Of a stretch of DNA of 64,000 nt, positions 45,786-55,276 are shown in pieces. Location: the NCBI GenBank assembly GCA_050290185.1, contig JBNKHE010000008.1, forward strand, positions 96,001 to 160,000, in the 5' to 3' direction. Under the pieces are notes generated by a model, which worked only from the letters and a program-made list of their open reading frames with translations, was not told the origin of the DNA and ran no database searches. This DNA is from Pontiella sp. GTDB lineage: Bacteria > Verrucomicrobiota > Kiritimatiellia > Kiritimatiellales > Pontiellaceae. The translations under genes and the position numbers were made by a program. Position 1 is the stretch's first letter. Every line of letters begins with the position of its first letter.

Positions 45786-47087
45786 TTAATGTTGTTGCGG
45801 ATTGCGGGCGAAGACGGAGCCGGCTAGGAGCAGGAGGGCGGCGAGCAGGCTGGTGACCAGGGCAATGGTGTAGCTTCCTATAAACTTCAGGACCGTGCTG
45901 AAAAAGGCGGGGCCAACGGCGCTGAAGACCACCATGAGCGACATGCACAGGCCACTGATGGCACCGAGGTGCTCGCGGCCATAGTAACGCGGCCAGGTTA
46001 CGGCCATCAGGATGCCGAACAGTCCGTTCGAAATGCCGAAATTCACCATGATGAATCCAATCATCCATCCGGGTTTGAGATAGATCAGCCCTGTCATGTA
46101 GGCCGCCATGGCCGTGAGCATGGCTGTCAGGAACCAGCGTAGCTGTGTTCGGTCGCTCAGCCATCCGCCGATCAGGTTGATTGCTACTGAAATTAGTGCC
46201 GCGGGCGGCAGTAGCGCGAACCCCCTGGCACCCTCCATGCCGGCCTGTTCAAAAATGGATTCGATGTTGAAGGTAACTGCGGTAAGTACCAGTGCCTGTA
46301 GCGCCATGGTCAGCGAGAATGCCCAGAAAGCGATAGTGTGGCGGGCTTCGGCGAGGGTGAATTGGTGGTGGATCTCCGGTTTTGTTTCTTTCTCGGCCGG
46401 TAGTTCCTGTCCGTCGGGGATCAAGCCGCAGTCTTCGGGATTATCTCGGAAAAAGACCAGCAGTAATGGCGAGAACAGGGCGATCAGCAGGAGGCCCAGC
46501 AAGGTCCATGTGCCGGACCATCCGTGAAAACCGATTATTTTGCTGAATAGGGTGGGGGCATAGGAGAATCCGTACGCCACGGCCGCGCCCGTAATGCCGC
46601 TGATCAGGCCGCGCCGCCGGTCGAACCACTTCATGATCATGTTGCGCGATGTCATGGTCAGGATGCCTTGGCCGCTCAGCCGAAGCAGAAAAAAGAGTAG
46701 CGAGAACAGGCCAAATACCGCAAAACGCTCCGGAATCAGCAGGCTGATGACTGCGGCTATGCGTGCGCTTTGTCCCAGCAGAGCAAGGACGGTGCCGAGT
46801 GCAAGGCAGGAGCCGAAACCCATCCAGCGTGCGCCGATGCGGTCGAACAGTTTGCCGGCCGGCGTGAGCAGGAACGAGCTCGACAAGGTACCGATCATAT
46901 AGGCGTTGGCTAGCTCGAGCCGGCTGATGCCCAGCGACTCCAGCAACGGCTCGATGAAGGCGGAAACGCCGGTGGTCTGTCCCGGGACGCTGAGCAGGAT
47001 ACCGATCACGCCCCATAGTAGAATCATCCAGCCGTAGAAGAATGGCCAGCGCGCGGGGTTGAACGGGATCTGTTCGAAAGGCTTCAT
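45786..47087 (-). CDS. MFS transporter
   Basis: FFYGW, GKLFDRIGAR, KWFDRRRG, GWLSDR and RYYGREHLGAI. About 12 TMs. Confidence 0.92.
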   Translation of the reverse strand: MKPFEQIPFNPARWPFFYGWMILLWGVIGILLSVPGQTTGVSAFIEPLLESLGISRLELANAYMIGTLSSSFLLTPAGKLFDRIGARWMGFGSCLALGTVLALLGQSARIAAVISLLIPERFAVFGLFSLLFFLLRLSGQGILTMTSRNMIMKWFDRRRGLISGITGAAVAYGFSYAPTLFSKIIGFHGWSGTWTLLGLLLIALFSPLLLVFFRDNPEDCGLIPDGQELPAEKETKPEIHHQFTLAEARHTIAFWAFSLTMALQALVLTAVTFNIESIFEQAGMEGARGFALLPPAALISVAINLIGGWLSDRTQLRWFLTAMLTAMAAYMTGLIYLKPGWMIGFIMVNFGISNGLFGILMAVTWPRYYGREHLGAISGLCMSLMVVFSAVGPAFFSTVLKFIGSYTIALVTSLLAALLLLAGSVFARNPQQH

Positions 47088-47106
47088 GCAGCGTACAGGG
47101 TTTTTA

Positions 47107-47173
47107 TAAACACGAAGGCACCAAGGTCTCGAAGAACAGAGGAACCTTGGTGCCCTTGATGTTTTGGTGTTTA
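47107..47173. repeat. Intergenic imperfect inverted repeat
   Basis: TAAACAC...GGCACCAAGGT / ACCTTGGTGCC...GTGTTTA, between the pfk stop and the MFS start. Confidence 0.65.
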
Positions 47174-47174
47174 T

Positions 47175-48398
47175 CTATTTCTTCGCAACGGGCACGCGCT
47201 TGAATTTGCCGATCTTCGGCAGTTTGCCGACGATTGGAGCCGCATAGTCGATAAATGCCTGGGTCACGTTGTTGCCATCCTTGTTGATAAACTTGGCCGG
47301 CATATGCTGGGTTTCCTTGGCAACACTCTTGAGCGGAACGCGCTTGAACTCGACCGCATACTTCTTGCCCGGCTTGCGCTTGATGGCGATTGAGCCATCC
47401 TTGTTGCCGCTGATCGCTTCCTTTACGGCGGTGGCGCCCACGCCGAAGGCTTCCTTGGCGTCGGTTTCGGAAACGCATCCGGCGAAGGAGCGCTGAAGGT
47501 AGCCGAAGGTATCGGCGCGCACTCGGGTGATGCCGGTCTTGTTCTTGATCTCCTGCGAGAGGATATCGCCGAGCGCACCGGTGCCGCTGAGCTGTACGTT
47601 TCCGTGCGAGTCGACTTCCTTTGTGGCGGATGCTTTTGCAACGATCGGGGTGCCCTTGGCATCGGCAATGCCCTCGGAAACGGCGATCACACAACGGCCC
47701 AGTTTTTTATGGACGGCCTTCACGTCCTTGATGAAACGGCTCATGGCGAACGGGCGTTCCGGGAGATAGATCAGGTGCGGGCCATCTTCCTCGTCCTGGC
47801 GGGCGAGGGCGGAGGCGGCGGTCAGGAAGCCGGCGTGCCGGCCCATGATGACGTTGATCTTTACGCCGCCAAGCGCGACGTTGTCGAGGTTGTCGCCCAT
47901 GAAGGCCTGGGCCACGAACTTGCCGGCGGAGCCGAAGCCGGGTGTGTGGTCGTTCTGGCGCAGGTCGTTGTCGATGGTCTTGCAGATGTGGAAGCAACGG
48001 AGCTGGTATTTGGACTTCTTGGCTTCTTCGTTGATGATGTGGGTCGTTTCGGCGGAATCGTTGCCGCCGATGTAGAAGAAGTAGCGGACATCGTATTTTT
48101 CCAGCACCTTGAAGATGGCGGCGCAATCGTCGGGTGTAGGTTTACGGCGTACGGAGCCGAGAGCGGAGGAGGGGGTGTTGGCCACGGCTTCGAGAGTCGA
48201 CTTGGACTCCCGCTTCAAGTTGATCAAATCTTCGTTCAGAATGCCCTGAATGCCGTGAAGGGCGCCGTAGATATTCTTGATTTCCTTGTGCTTCTTCGCT
48301 TCGAGTACCGCACCGATCAGGCTCTGGTTGATCACGGCTGTGGGTCCGCCGCTCTGGGCGATGAGCATGTTTCCTTCAATCGTCTTGGTTGCTGCCAT
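47175..48398 (-). CDS. pfkA: 6-phosphofructokinase, probably PPi-dependent
   Basis: QSGGPTAVIN, IGGNDS (Asp at the PPi-specificity position), KTIDNDL, MGRHAG and DSHGN.QL. Confidence 0.9.
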   Translation of the reverse strand: MAATKTIEGNMLIAQSGGPTAVINQSLIGAVLEAKKHKEIKNIYGALHGIQGILNEDLINLKRESKSTLEAVANTPSSALGSVRRKPTPDDCAAIFKVLEKYDVRYFFYIGGNDSAETTHIINEEAKKSKYQLRCFHICKTIDNDLRQNDHTPGFGSAGKFVAQAFMGDNLDNVALGGVKINVIMGRHAGFLTAASALARQDEEDGPHLIYLPERPFAMSRFIKDVKAVHKKLGRCVIAVSEGIADAKGTPIVAKASATKEVDSHGNVQLSGTGALGDILSQEIKNKTGITRVRADTFGYLQRSFAGCVSETDAKEAFGVGATAVKEAISGNKDGSIAIKRKPGKKYAVEFKRVPLKSVAKETQHMPAKFINKDGNNVTQAFIDYAAPIVGKLPKIGKFKRVPVAKK

Positions 48399-48505
48399 GG
48401 GTTCCTCCTGTTGTGAAAACTAAGGGATAAACCTGAGGGTTTTCGCGGGTTAAATCAAGTCCTCGGGGCGGTTAGATGCGATGATAAGAATTTAATAACC
48501 TTGGC

Positions 48506-48521
48506 TTGGCATCGAAAATGC
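48506..48521 (+). promoter_or_regulatory. Candidate sigma54 promoter
   Basis: TTGGCATCGAAAATGC (GG-N10-GC), upstream of the PEP-CTERM ATG at 48561. Confidence 0.55.
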
Positions 48522-48560
48522 GTACTGTGCCTACTCATTTTGAGTAAAAGGAGCGTTATC

Positions 48561-49271
48561 ATGAAATGGTCTGTAAAATATTATGGTGTGACCGCGATGT
48601 TGCTATGGGTGCTTCCCATTCATGCGGACATTGTTGTTGATGGGGTCAACCATGGATTGAGCTACACCTTGACCGGAAAGGCCAATGCTGTGTCGATCGA
48701 CTCCGGCGTGCTGACGATCGGAAACAAAGGCGCGGTAAACGGCGAATTCCAGGTTCTTGGCGGCGAGGTTTTCGTGGAGCCGGGTGCGGGCAATGTGAAG
48801 GGCTTGGTTTTGTCTGGTGGACAGCTTGTGGTCGCGGGAGGGAATATCCACCAACCTGTGGTTTATGCTGGCTCGCTAACCTTCGACGGAACAGCCAAGG
48901 TGGTGGGAAGCCTGTCGCTGCTAGGGGGCACCAGTACGGTGAAGAAGATGGACAAGCTTAACGGTGGCGTCGCCATGGACAACGATGCCGTGCTCTTCAT
49001 GGAGGATCTTGATGTAAGCGGTGCAATGTCTATTCAAGGAGATGCAATCGCCTATTTTGCCGAGGGCTATCTGACAGACTCAACGATCAATCATGCGGGC
49101 AAGGTGGTGGATACGTCGAACGGATCGATTTCGGGGAGTGGAGGTCAACTCGACTTTTCGGTGGATTCCAGTGCCTCGCTTTATGTAGGCGTCATCCCCG
49201 AGCCGGCCTCGCTGGCTTTAATTCTTCTGCCTGGTGCCACGTTTCTGTTTTTCCGCCGTTTGAAGCGTTGA
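48561..49271 (+). CDS. PEP-CTERM exported protein, Gly/Val-rich beta-helix-like
   Basis: RBS AAGGAG, signal peptide, repeated V.GG strand-turn patterns, and VIPEPASLALILLPGATFLFFRRLKR. Confidence 0.85.
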   Translation: MKWSVKYYGVTAMLLWVLPIHADIVVDGVNHGLSYTLTGKANAVSIDSGVLTIGNKGAVNGEFQVLGGEVFVEPGAGNVKGLVLSGGQLVVAGGNIHQPVVYAGSLTFDGTAKVVGSLSLLGGTSTVKKMDKLNGGVAMDNDAVLFMEDLDVSGAMSIQGDAIAYFAEGYLTDSTINHAGKVVDTSNGSISGSGGQLDFSVDSSASLYVGVIPEPASLALILLPGATFLFFRRLKR

Positions 49272-49329
49272 GTTCTGCGACCGTTGCGTTTTGCTTTTCC
49301 CTTTCATGACTTAAGCAAGCTTTATTTTT

Positions 49330-49346
49330 TTGGCAACAAAAATGCT
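49330..49346 (+). promoter_or_regulatory. Candidate sigma54 promoter
   Basis: TTGGCAACAAAAATGCT (GG-N10-GC), upstream of ATG 49368. Confidence 0.55.
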
Positions 49347-49367
49347 TATTGATGAATAGGAGTATCT

Positions 49368-50090
49368 ATGAAAAGAAAAGCAACTATTGGTCCGCTTAAT
49401 CGGCAAAATGCGCATATCCAGGCCAAGCTCGCCGTTGTCTTGTTGTCGGTGATTCCGGTGCTTTCCTTTTTCTATCTCGGCTCCGGAATGTATGGCCCGG
49501 AAGGGGATAGGCTACGCGATTACGAAGTGGGGATTGTTTTTGCCTGTACGCTGATTGCCGCGCTTTCCGGATATCTGATCCTTCGAAAATATCCACAGAA
49601 TATCATAAACCTGCGGCAATACGTTACGGAACTTGCCGAGGGTACGTTGCGGGAGCAAATCCAGCTTGATCAGACCGCTTGCAGCGACGATCTACTGTAC
49701 ATTGAAGAAGGGTTCAACACCATCCTCAAGGATATGCGGAACCGTCTCGGTTTGATCGAAGAAAAACTCAAGGTGGAAAAGCAGCTTCGTAAAGCGCTTG
49801 AACGGCAGCAACAGACGCTTGTACAGGCCGAACGCCACCGGGCCATGGTACAAAGCATCGGGGCCGCCTGTCATCATTTGGGCCAGCCGGCGACGGCACT
49901 GAGAATGCATCTTTTCATCTTGAAGGAACAGGTCCAGTCCCTCGAGGAGATGGAGGGCATTGAACAGAGCATCCACGATCTCGACCGAATCTGTGATATT
50001 CTCCAGCGACTCAGGGAGGTCTCCGAGTTCCGCACGGAGCCCTATATCTGTGGGGATGATCTCCCGGAGCACGAGATCCTGGCTATCTGA
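49368..50090 (+). CDS. Membrane protein with HAMP-like and HisKA (H-box) region but no ATPase domain
   Basis: Two TMs, a HAMP-like segment, a coiled coil and IGAACHHLGQPATAL. The protein ends about 70 aa later with no N or G boxes. Confidence 0.75.
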   Translation: MKRKATIGPLNRQNAHIQAKLAVVLLSVIPVLSFFYLGSGMYGPEGDRLRDYEVGIVFACTLIAALSGYLILRKYPQNIINLRQYVTELAEGTLREQIQLDQTACSDDLLYIEEGFNTILKDMRNRLGLIEEKLKVEKQLRKALERQQQTLVQAERHRAMVQSIGAACHHLGQPATALRMHLFILKEQVQSLEEMEGIEQSIHDLDRICDILQRLREVSEFRTEPYICGDDLPEHEILAI

Positions 50091-50153
50091 ACCGGTGTGC
50101 CCGCGAAGGCCGGAATCTCGTTTTCTCCCGTAATTATTTGCAGGCAAACGGGG

Positions 50154-50348
50154 TTGACTGATCAATTCGATCCTATATAAATGCCCGTCTTGTTTCCCGT
50201 AAAACGGAATCCTGACCGAAGGATCATCGCCAAAGGAACAAATACCGCATGGTGCGGGGCGAGCGCCCGGATTCGAAAAATCCAAACGGGCGGCCGGTAA
50301 AGCCGGCTTAATTTGCAGGGATGCACGCGGGATATTGAAAGGAAAGCA
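50154..50348 (+). promoter_or_regulatory. rpsD promoter and structured 5' leader (candidate ribosomal-protein leader)
   Basis: TTGACT at 50154 and TATAAAT at about 50176. The following ~160 nt contain several hairpins before the RBS. Confidence 0.45.
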
Positions 50349-50951
50349 ATGAAATATACTGGACCGAAAATCAAGAAGGCGCGCCGTCTCGGCATCGCCC
50401 TTACCCCGAAATCCGAAAAATATCTGGAACGCCGCCCGAATGCTCCCGGTCAGCACGGCCCGAACCGTCGCCGCGGCAAGCAGTCCGACTACGGTCGCCA
50501 GCTGATGGAAAAGCAACGCCTTCGTTATCAGTACAACCTGAGCGAAAAACAGCTGCGCAATGTATACGCCAAGGCTGTCCGTAAGCCAGGCAACGCCGGT
50601 GAGGTGATGATGCAGATGCTTGAAAGCCGCCTTGATGTTGTTGTTCTGCGCGCCGGCATGGCCCGCACAATCTATCAGGCCCGCCAGATGGTTTCGCATG
50701 GCCATTACCGCGTAAACGGGCAGAAGGTTGATATTCCTTCTTACTCCCTGCGCATCGGCGACAAGATTACCGTTCGCGAAAAGTCCAAGGACCTCGACGC
50801 TTTCGTTCTGGCCCAGCAGGTTGCCAAGACACCTGAATACGTCACTGCGAACGATAAGGAACTTACGGCTGAACTGAACCGTCTTCCCGCTATGGAAGAA
50901 ATTCCGGTTACCTGTGAAATCTCAAGCGTCGTCGAGTTCTACGCACGCTAA
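50349..50951 (+). CDS. rpsD: 30S ribosomal protein S4, standalone, no zinc-binding Cys motif
   Basis: YTGPK.K.ARRLG, PGQHG, SDYG.QL.EKQR, LESRLD, ARQMVSHGH and VVEFYAR. Confidence 0.97.
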   Translation: MKYTGPKIKKARRLGIALTPKSEKYLERRPNAPGQHGPNRRRGKQSDYGRQLMEKQRLRYQYNLSEKQLRNVYAKAVRKPGNAGEVMMQMLESRLDVVVLRAGMARTIYQARQMVSHGHYRVNGQKVDIPSYSLRIGDKITVREKSKDLDAFVLAQQVAKTPEYVTANDKELTAELNRLPAMEEIPVTCEISSVVEFYAR

Positions 50952-50986
50952 TCCGTCTTCGCCTTCGGGCTGCGACGGACAAGTCG

Positions 50987-51018
50987 AAAAACCGTTCTCC
51001 ATCGAGGGCGGTTTTTTT
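50987..51018 (+). terminator. Intrinsic terminator after rpsD
   Basis: AAAAACCGTTCTC-catc-GAGGGCGGTTTTTTT. Confidence 0.75.
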
Positions 51019-51028
51019 GTGGATGAGT

Positions 51029-51130
51029 GTTGTAGGGCAGGAACGGTCAACGACCTTCCAGCCGCCGTCGGGAGGGCGGTGGTGGACGGCGGGAAGGATT
51101 CGTTTCACTCAACCGCTCCCTCCCTACAAC
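51029..51130. repeat. Degenerate GTAG-type REPIN-like inverted repeat
   Basis: Ends are GTTGTAGGG...CCCTACAAC. Inner blocks AACGA, CCTTCC and CGCCGTC are mirrored on both arms. It overlaps the stop codon of the downstream minus-strand gene. Confidence 0.5.
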
Positions 51131-51828
51131 CACCCGCCGGTGGCTTGCAGAGGCGTTTGGGATCCGCGGAGCGAAACCCAAACCGCGATGGCTTGGGTGC
51201 GGGCATCGGCGGGAAGGGTCAACGTGGCGGAACAGGTGCTTCCTGACTTGTTCATCTTCCCGTTCACCAGCCCGAGCGCCACGAAACAATGTTCGAGGCT
51301 ACGCCCGCGGTTTTCCCCGGCGGTTACCGAGCTGTCGAGTTTGCCGGAGAGCGGTGCGAGCCATGCGATATAATCACCGTTCGCTTTGATGGGGGAAAAA
51401 GTGATCGTGGCTTTATCGCCATCCAGCATCGCCTTCAACCTGCCGGTCTGATCGATGTGCCCGGAGGAGACCGGCTGACGTGCGGCAACGCCGTTCACCA
51501 CGAAACAGGGTGTGTACGAAGTGCGGGCGTGCCATTGTTTTGTATAGCGTCGTTGTCGTGCGCTAAAAGTCGCTGACGAGTAGGGATCCTTCCACCCTAG
51601 ATAGTCCCAGTAGTCGACATGGAAGGCGACCGGGACAAACTCCTTCCATAGCTTCTTTTTTTCCACGAGGGCATTCATCTTTCGGTCGGCCGGCGGGCAG
51701 CTGCTGCATCCTTCCGAGGTAAACAGTTCGATCAGATCCGTCCGCACGGGTCCGCTGGTGAACGTTTGGGCGCGGCTCATTGTGGGCGTTGCCAGCAGTG
51801 CGATCGTCAAGATAAGCATTCTTTTCAT
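51124..51828 (-). CDS. DUF1223 family thioredoxin-like secreted protein
   Basis: ELFTSEGCSSCPPAD, FHVDYWDYLGWKDP, YTP and GENRGR.L.H. Confidence 0.9.
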   Translation of the reverse strand: MKRMLILTIALLATPTMSRAQTFTSGPVRTDLIELFTSEGCSSCPPADRKMNALVEKKKLWKEFVPVAFHVDYWDYLGWKDPYSSATFSARQRRYTKQWHARTSYTPCFVVNGVAARQPVSSGHIDQTGRLKAMLDGDKATITFSPIKANGDYIAWLAPLSGKLDSSVTAGENRGRSLEHCFVALGLVNGKMNKSGSTCSATLTLPADARTQAIAVWVSLRGSQTPLQATGGWL

Positions 51829-52029
51829 TAAAGGGCCTCCTTCAAGTCGATTGGGGTGGTCAATGATCTATTCGTTCAATCCATGCGGAATGTGACGAAA
51901 AAACACGACGGAACATCGTTTCCGGTATGGAGATGCATCCGAAACCCTTCTGGGCGTTGTTTTTCGGTTGCGATTCAGGCACATTGAAGAACATCGGAAA
52001 ACCCTTTAGCTGAAAGCGAGGTTTTGCAT

Positions 52030-52758
52030 ATGACAACCATGGCGTTACTGGAATACCAGCGGGATGCAATCTGGGTGAAGGAATATCCGGTTCGTTTTGG
52101 CGGCATGGATATTCGGGCGCGTATGACGGTGGTGCGGCTTTCGAACGGGAACCTATGGCTTCACTCGCCATGCGCACTGGATGCCGAAACCATTGCGGCC
52201 ATCGGGAAGCTGGGGCGCGTGGAATGCATCGTGGCGCCGGGCTCCTTTCATTTTTCGCATATTGAATCGGCACAACAGGCATTTCCGGAAGCGGAGACCT
52301 GGATCTGTCCGGAGGTCGAACTGAAAAAACCGGATATTGCTTTTGATTGGTTATTAGGTGACCGCCCGGACCCACGCTGGGCCGGGGATCTGGGCCAGAT
52401 ATTTGTGCGCGAAAATCGCATCATCTCTGAGGTGGCTTTTTTTCACAGAATGTCCCGTACGCTCATTCTGGTCGATTTGATCGAAAACGTAACCGACGAC
52501 ACTCCGGATGTGGATTGGCGACTGAAATTGTGGTGGAAAGCGGTGTTTCGAATGTGTAACCACCCGAAGCCGGCTCCGGAATACCAGTTGGGTTGGAAGG
52601 ATAAAGCCGCAGCGCGAACATCTTTGGAACGGATCATGGAGTGGGATTTCGAGCGGATCATCCTCGCGCATGGTGATCTGGTTGAAACGAACGCAAAGTC
52701 TGTTGCGCAGTCGGCTTGGCGGAAGGTTTTAACGGGAACGAACCTTCCGCACGAATAA
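52030..52758 (+). CDS. DUF4336 family protein (metallo-beta-lactamase-like fold)
   Basis: RMTVVRL.NG.LWLHSP, IVAP..FH, EVAFFH..SRTLILVD and WDFERIILAHG. Confidence 0.85.
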   Translation: MTTMALLEYQRDAIWVKEYPVRFGGMDIRARMTVVRLSNGNLWLHSPCALDAETIAAIGKLGRVECIVAPGSFHFSHIESAQQAFPEAETWICPEVELKKPDIAFDWLLGDRPDPRWAGDLGQIFVRENRIISEVAFFHRMSRTLILVDLIENVTDDTPDVDWRLKLWWKAVFRMCNHPKPAPEYQLGWKDKAAARTSLERIMEWDFERIILAHGDLVETNAKSVAQSAWRKVLTGTNLPHE

Positions 52759-52820
52759 CTTGAGCCGTTTTGCGGCAAACGGTATACAGAACGCTCATTT
52801 TTTTCATTCGGAGCGTGTTT

Positions 52821-55226
52821 ATGAAAGTACCGGTCAGTTGGCTGAAGGAATATGTTGATTTTGAGGACACCATCGAGGGGTTGGCGGACAAGCTGACCTT
52901 TGCGGGGCTGGAGGTCGAGGCGATCGAAGCGATCGGCTCCGATTTTGCCGGCGTGGTGGTGGGCGAGGTGCTGGCTATCGAGCCGCATCCCGGTGCCGAC
53001 AAGCTGCGTCTCTGCACCGTCAATTATGGCGCCGAAGAAACCATGCAGGTCGTTTGCGGTGCGCCGAACGTCGAGGTTGGCGGCAAGTATCCCTTCGCGC
53101 CGGTTGGTACGACACTCCCTTGCGGTATTACACTCAAGAAGGCCAAGATCCGCGGCGTACAATCCATGGGCATGCTTTGCGCCAAGGACGAGCTGGGGCT
53201 GGGCGAAGACCACTCCGGCCTGCTGGTGCTCGATGCCTCCCTCGAGCCGGGAACGCTGTTTGTTCAAGTGTGGGGCGAGCCGGAAACGGTCATCGAACTC
53301 GAGATTACCCCGAACCGTCCAGACTGCCTTTCCATGATCGGTGTCGCCCGCGAAATGGCAGTGCTCTACGGTTCCGAACTGAAGGTTCCCGCTTATGGGA
53401 TTCTTGAAACCGAAGGCGATGTTAACGAAGAGATCTCCGTTGTTGTGGAGGACTCGGAAAAGTGTCCGCGCTACACGGCTCGTGTGCTGAAGGATGCCAA
53501 AATCGGCCCGTCACCGGAATGGATGCAGAAGCGCCTCGAAGCAGCCGGTCTGCGGCCGATCAACAACGTCGTGGATATCACCAACTATGTCATGCTCGAA
53601 ACCGGTCATCCGCTGCACGCGTTCGATAAGAACCTGGTTGCTGGGAACCAGATCATTGTCCGTGCCGCCAAACCGGGTGAAAAAATGCATACACTCGACG
53701 ATGTCGAGCGTACCTTGACCGACGAGATGCTTGTGATTGCCGACGCTGATAAGCCCTCCGCCATTGCCGGTGTGATGGGCGGCAATGTTAGCGAAATCAA
53801 TGACGAGACGACGACCATTCTGCTCGAAGCTGCCGCCTTCGAAACCTCGTCCATTCGTCACACTGCCAAGAAGCTGGGATTGTCCACCGACTCTTCCTAC
53901 CGCTTTCAGCGCGGCGTCAATGCCGACTCCGTCGAATGGGCAAGCCGCCGGGCGGCGGAGCTCATGTGCGAACTGGCCGGAGCCACGGTCTGCCATGGCA
54001 TCGTGGACCTCTATCCGCACCGGAAGCCGCATCTTGAAATCCCGTTCAGCTGGTCGCGTATCGAAGGCATGATTGGCTCGGGCATATCCGCCGAGGAAAT
54101 GAAGAAAATCTTTACGTCGTTGGAAATCGAAATTGAGCACGACAACGGTGAAACCGCGACTGCGTTCATCCCTAGTTTCCGCCTCGACCTCGAACGCGAA
54201 GTGGATCTCGTCGAGGAAATCGCCCGCATCCACGGCGTCGACAATGTGCCGGCCAAAATGCCGCTGGCCAAAGTGATTCCAACAGCCGACGACTCGCGGG
54301 TACGAGCAATTGGCGGACTGCGCAGCGGTCTGCAAGGGCTCGGTGTCAGCGAAATCATGAACTATACGTTGGTCAATCATCCCTTGCTCGACCTCTTCAA
54401 CAAGGAAAACCGCGAAAGCCGCGAGGAGCTGCCGCATCCGATCAGCATGGACCAGTCGGTGATGCGCACCTCGCTGATTCCGCAACTGGTCGAAAGCCTT
54501 GGCCGCAACCATTCGCGCCAGATCAGCGAGGCCTGCTTCTACGAACTCGGCCGCGTCTTCAACCGCGTCGATGGCGCACCGGTCCAGACCGAAATGGTCT
54601 CGCTTGGCATGATGGGCCCGGTGGGCCGTTCACTGCTTGAAAAGCGCGCGCCGGTTTCCGATGAGGAAATGTTTGTCTGGATGAAGGGGCTGATTGAACA
54701 GTTGCTGGCGGCACAGAAGCTGGATAACGTTTCATTCAAAGCCGAAGACCGACCGGAATTCGAAAGCGGCACGGCCGTTTCCGTGTTAGTGGACGGCAAT
54801 GTGGTCGGCTGCATGGGACTGGTGAACAAGACCGCGCGGGCCGAATGGCGTCTGAACGGACCGGTGGCGGCCGCCGAGCTGCAACTGGAAGCATTGCTGA
54901 AAAATGCATTTGTCATCACCAAGACCGAGGATTTGGCGCAGTTCCCATCCATGAGCCGCGATATCGCGCTGGTGGTCGATCAGTCGGTCAAGCACGAGGA
55001 TGTGGTAACTTTTATCCAGAAAGCCAACCCCAAGGATCTCGAAAGTTTTGGCCTGTTCGACATCTATCAGGGCAAAGGCATCGAGCAAGGCAAGAAGAGC
55101 CTGGCGTATAACTTTGTCTACCGTTCCGGCAAGCAGACGCTGACCGACAAGAAGGTGAATAAAGTTCACCAAAAGCTGAGCGACTTCCTTTGCCAAAAGC
55201 TAGGGGCTTCCTTGCGCGAGGGCTAA
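52821..55226 (+). CDS. pheT: Phenylalanine--tRNA ligase beta subunit
   Basis: MKVPVSWLKEY, HP.ADKL, VCGAPN, TPNRPDCLS, VDITNYVMLE.G.PLHAFD, REVDLVEEIAR and FDIYQG. Confidence 0.97.
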   Translation: MKVPVSWLKEYVDFEDTIEGLADKLTFAGLEVEAIEAIGSDFAGVVVGEVLAIEPHPGADKLRLCTVNYGAEETMQVVCGAPNVEVGGKYPFAPVGTTLPCGITLKKAKIRGVQSMGMLCAKDELGLGEDHSGLLVLDASLEPGTLFVQVWGEPETVIELEITPNRPDCLSMIGVAREMAVLYGSELKVPAYGILETEGDVNEEISVVVEDSEKCPRYTARVLKDAKIGPSPEWMQKRLEAAGLRPINNVVDITNYVMLETGHPLHAFDKNLVAGNQIIVRAAKPGEKMHTLDDVERTLTDEMLVIADADKPSAIAGVMGGNVSEINDETTTILLEAAAFETSSIRHTAKKLGLSTDSSYRFQRGVNADSVEWASRRAAELMCELAGATVCHGIVDLYPHRKPHLEIPFSWSRIEGMIGSGISAEEMKKIFTSLEIEIEHDNGETATAFIPSFRLDLEREVDLVEEIARIHGVDNVPAKMPLAKVIPTADDSRVRAIGGLRSGLQGLGVSEIMNYTLVNHPLLDLFNKENRESREELPHPISMDQSVMRTSLIPQLVESLGRNHSRQISEACFYELGRVFNRVDGAPVQTEMVSLGMMGPVGRSLLEKRAPVSDEEMFVWMKGLIEQLLAAQKLDNVSFKAEDRPEFESGTAVSVLVDGNVVGCMGLVNKTARAEWRLNGPVAAAELQLEALLKNAFVITKTEDLAQFPSMSRDIALVVDQSVKHEDVVTFIQKANPKDLESFGLFDIYQGKGIEQGKKSLAYNFVYRSGKQTLTDKKVNKVHQKLSDFLCQKLGASLREG

Positions 55227-55276
55227 CCGCTTTACAAAACAAGGGCATTCGGTTATTCCTCTGAGCAAGGATTTTC

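Noticed and set aside
52821..55226. pheT without adjacent pheS, and gmk without rpoZ, as novel arrangements
   Set aside because: Split housekeeping operons are common, and the partner genes may lie outside the window.
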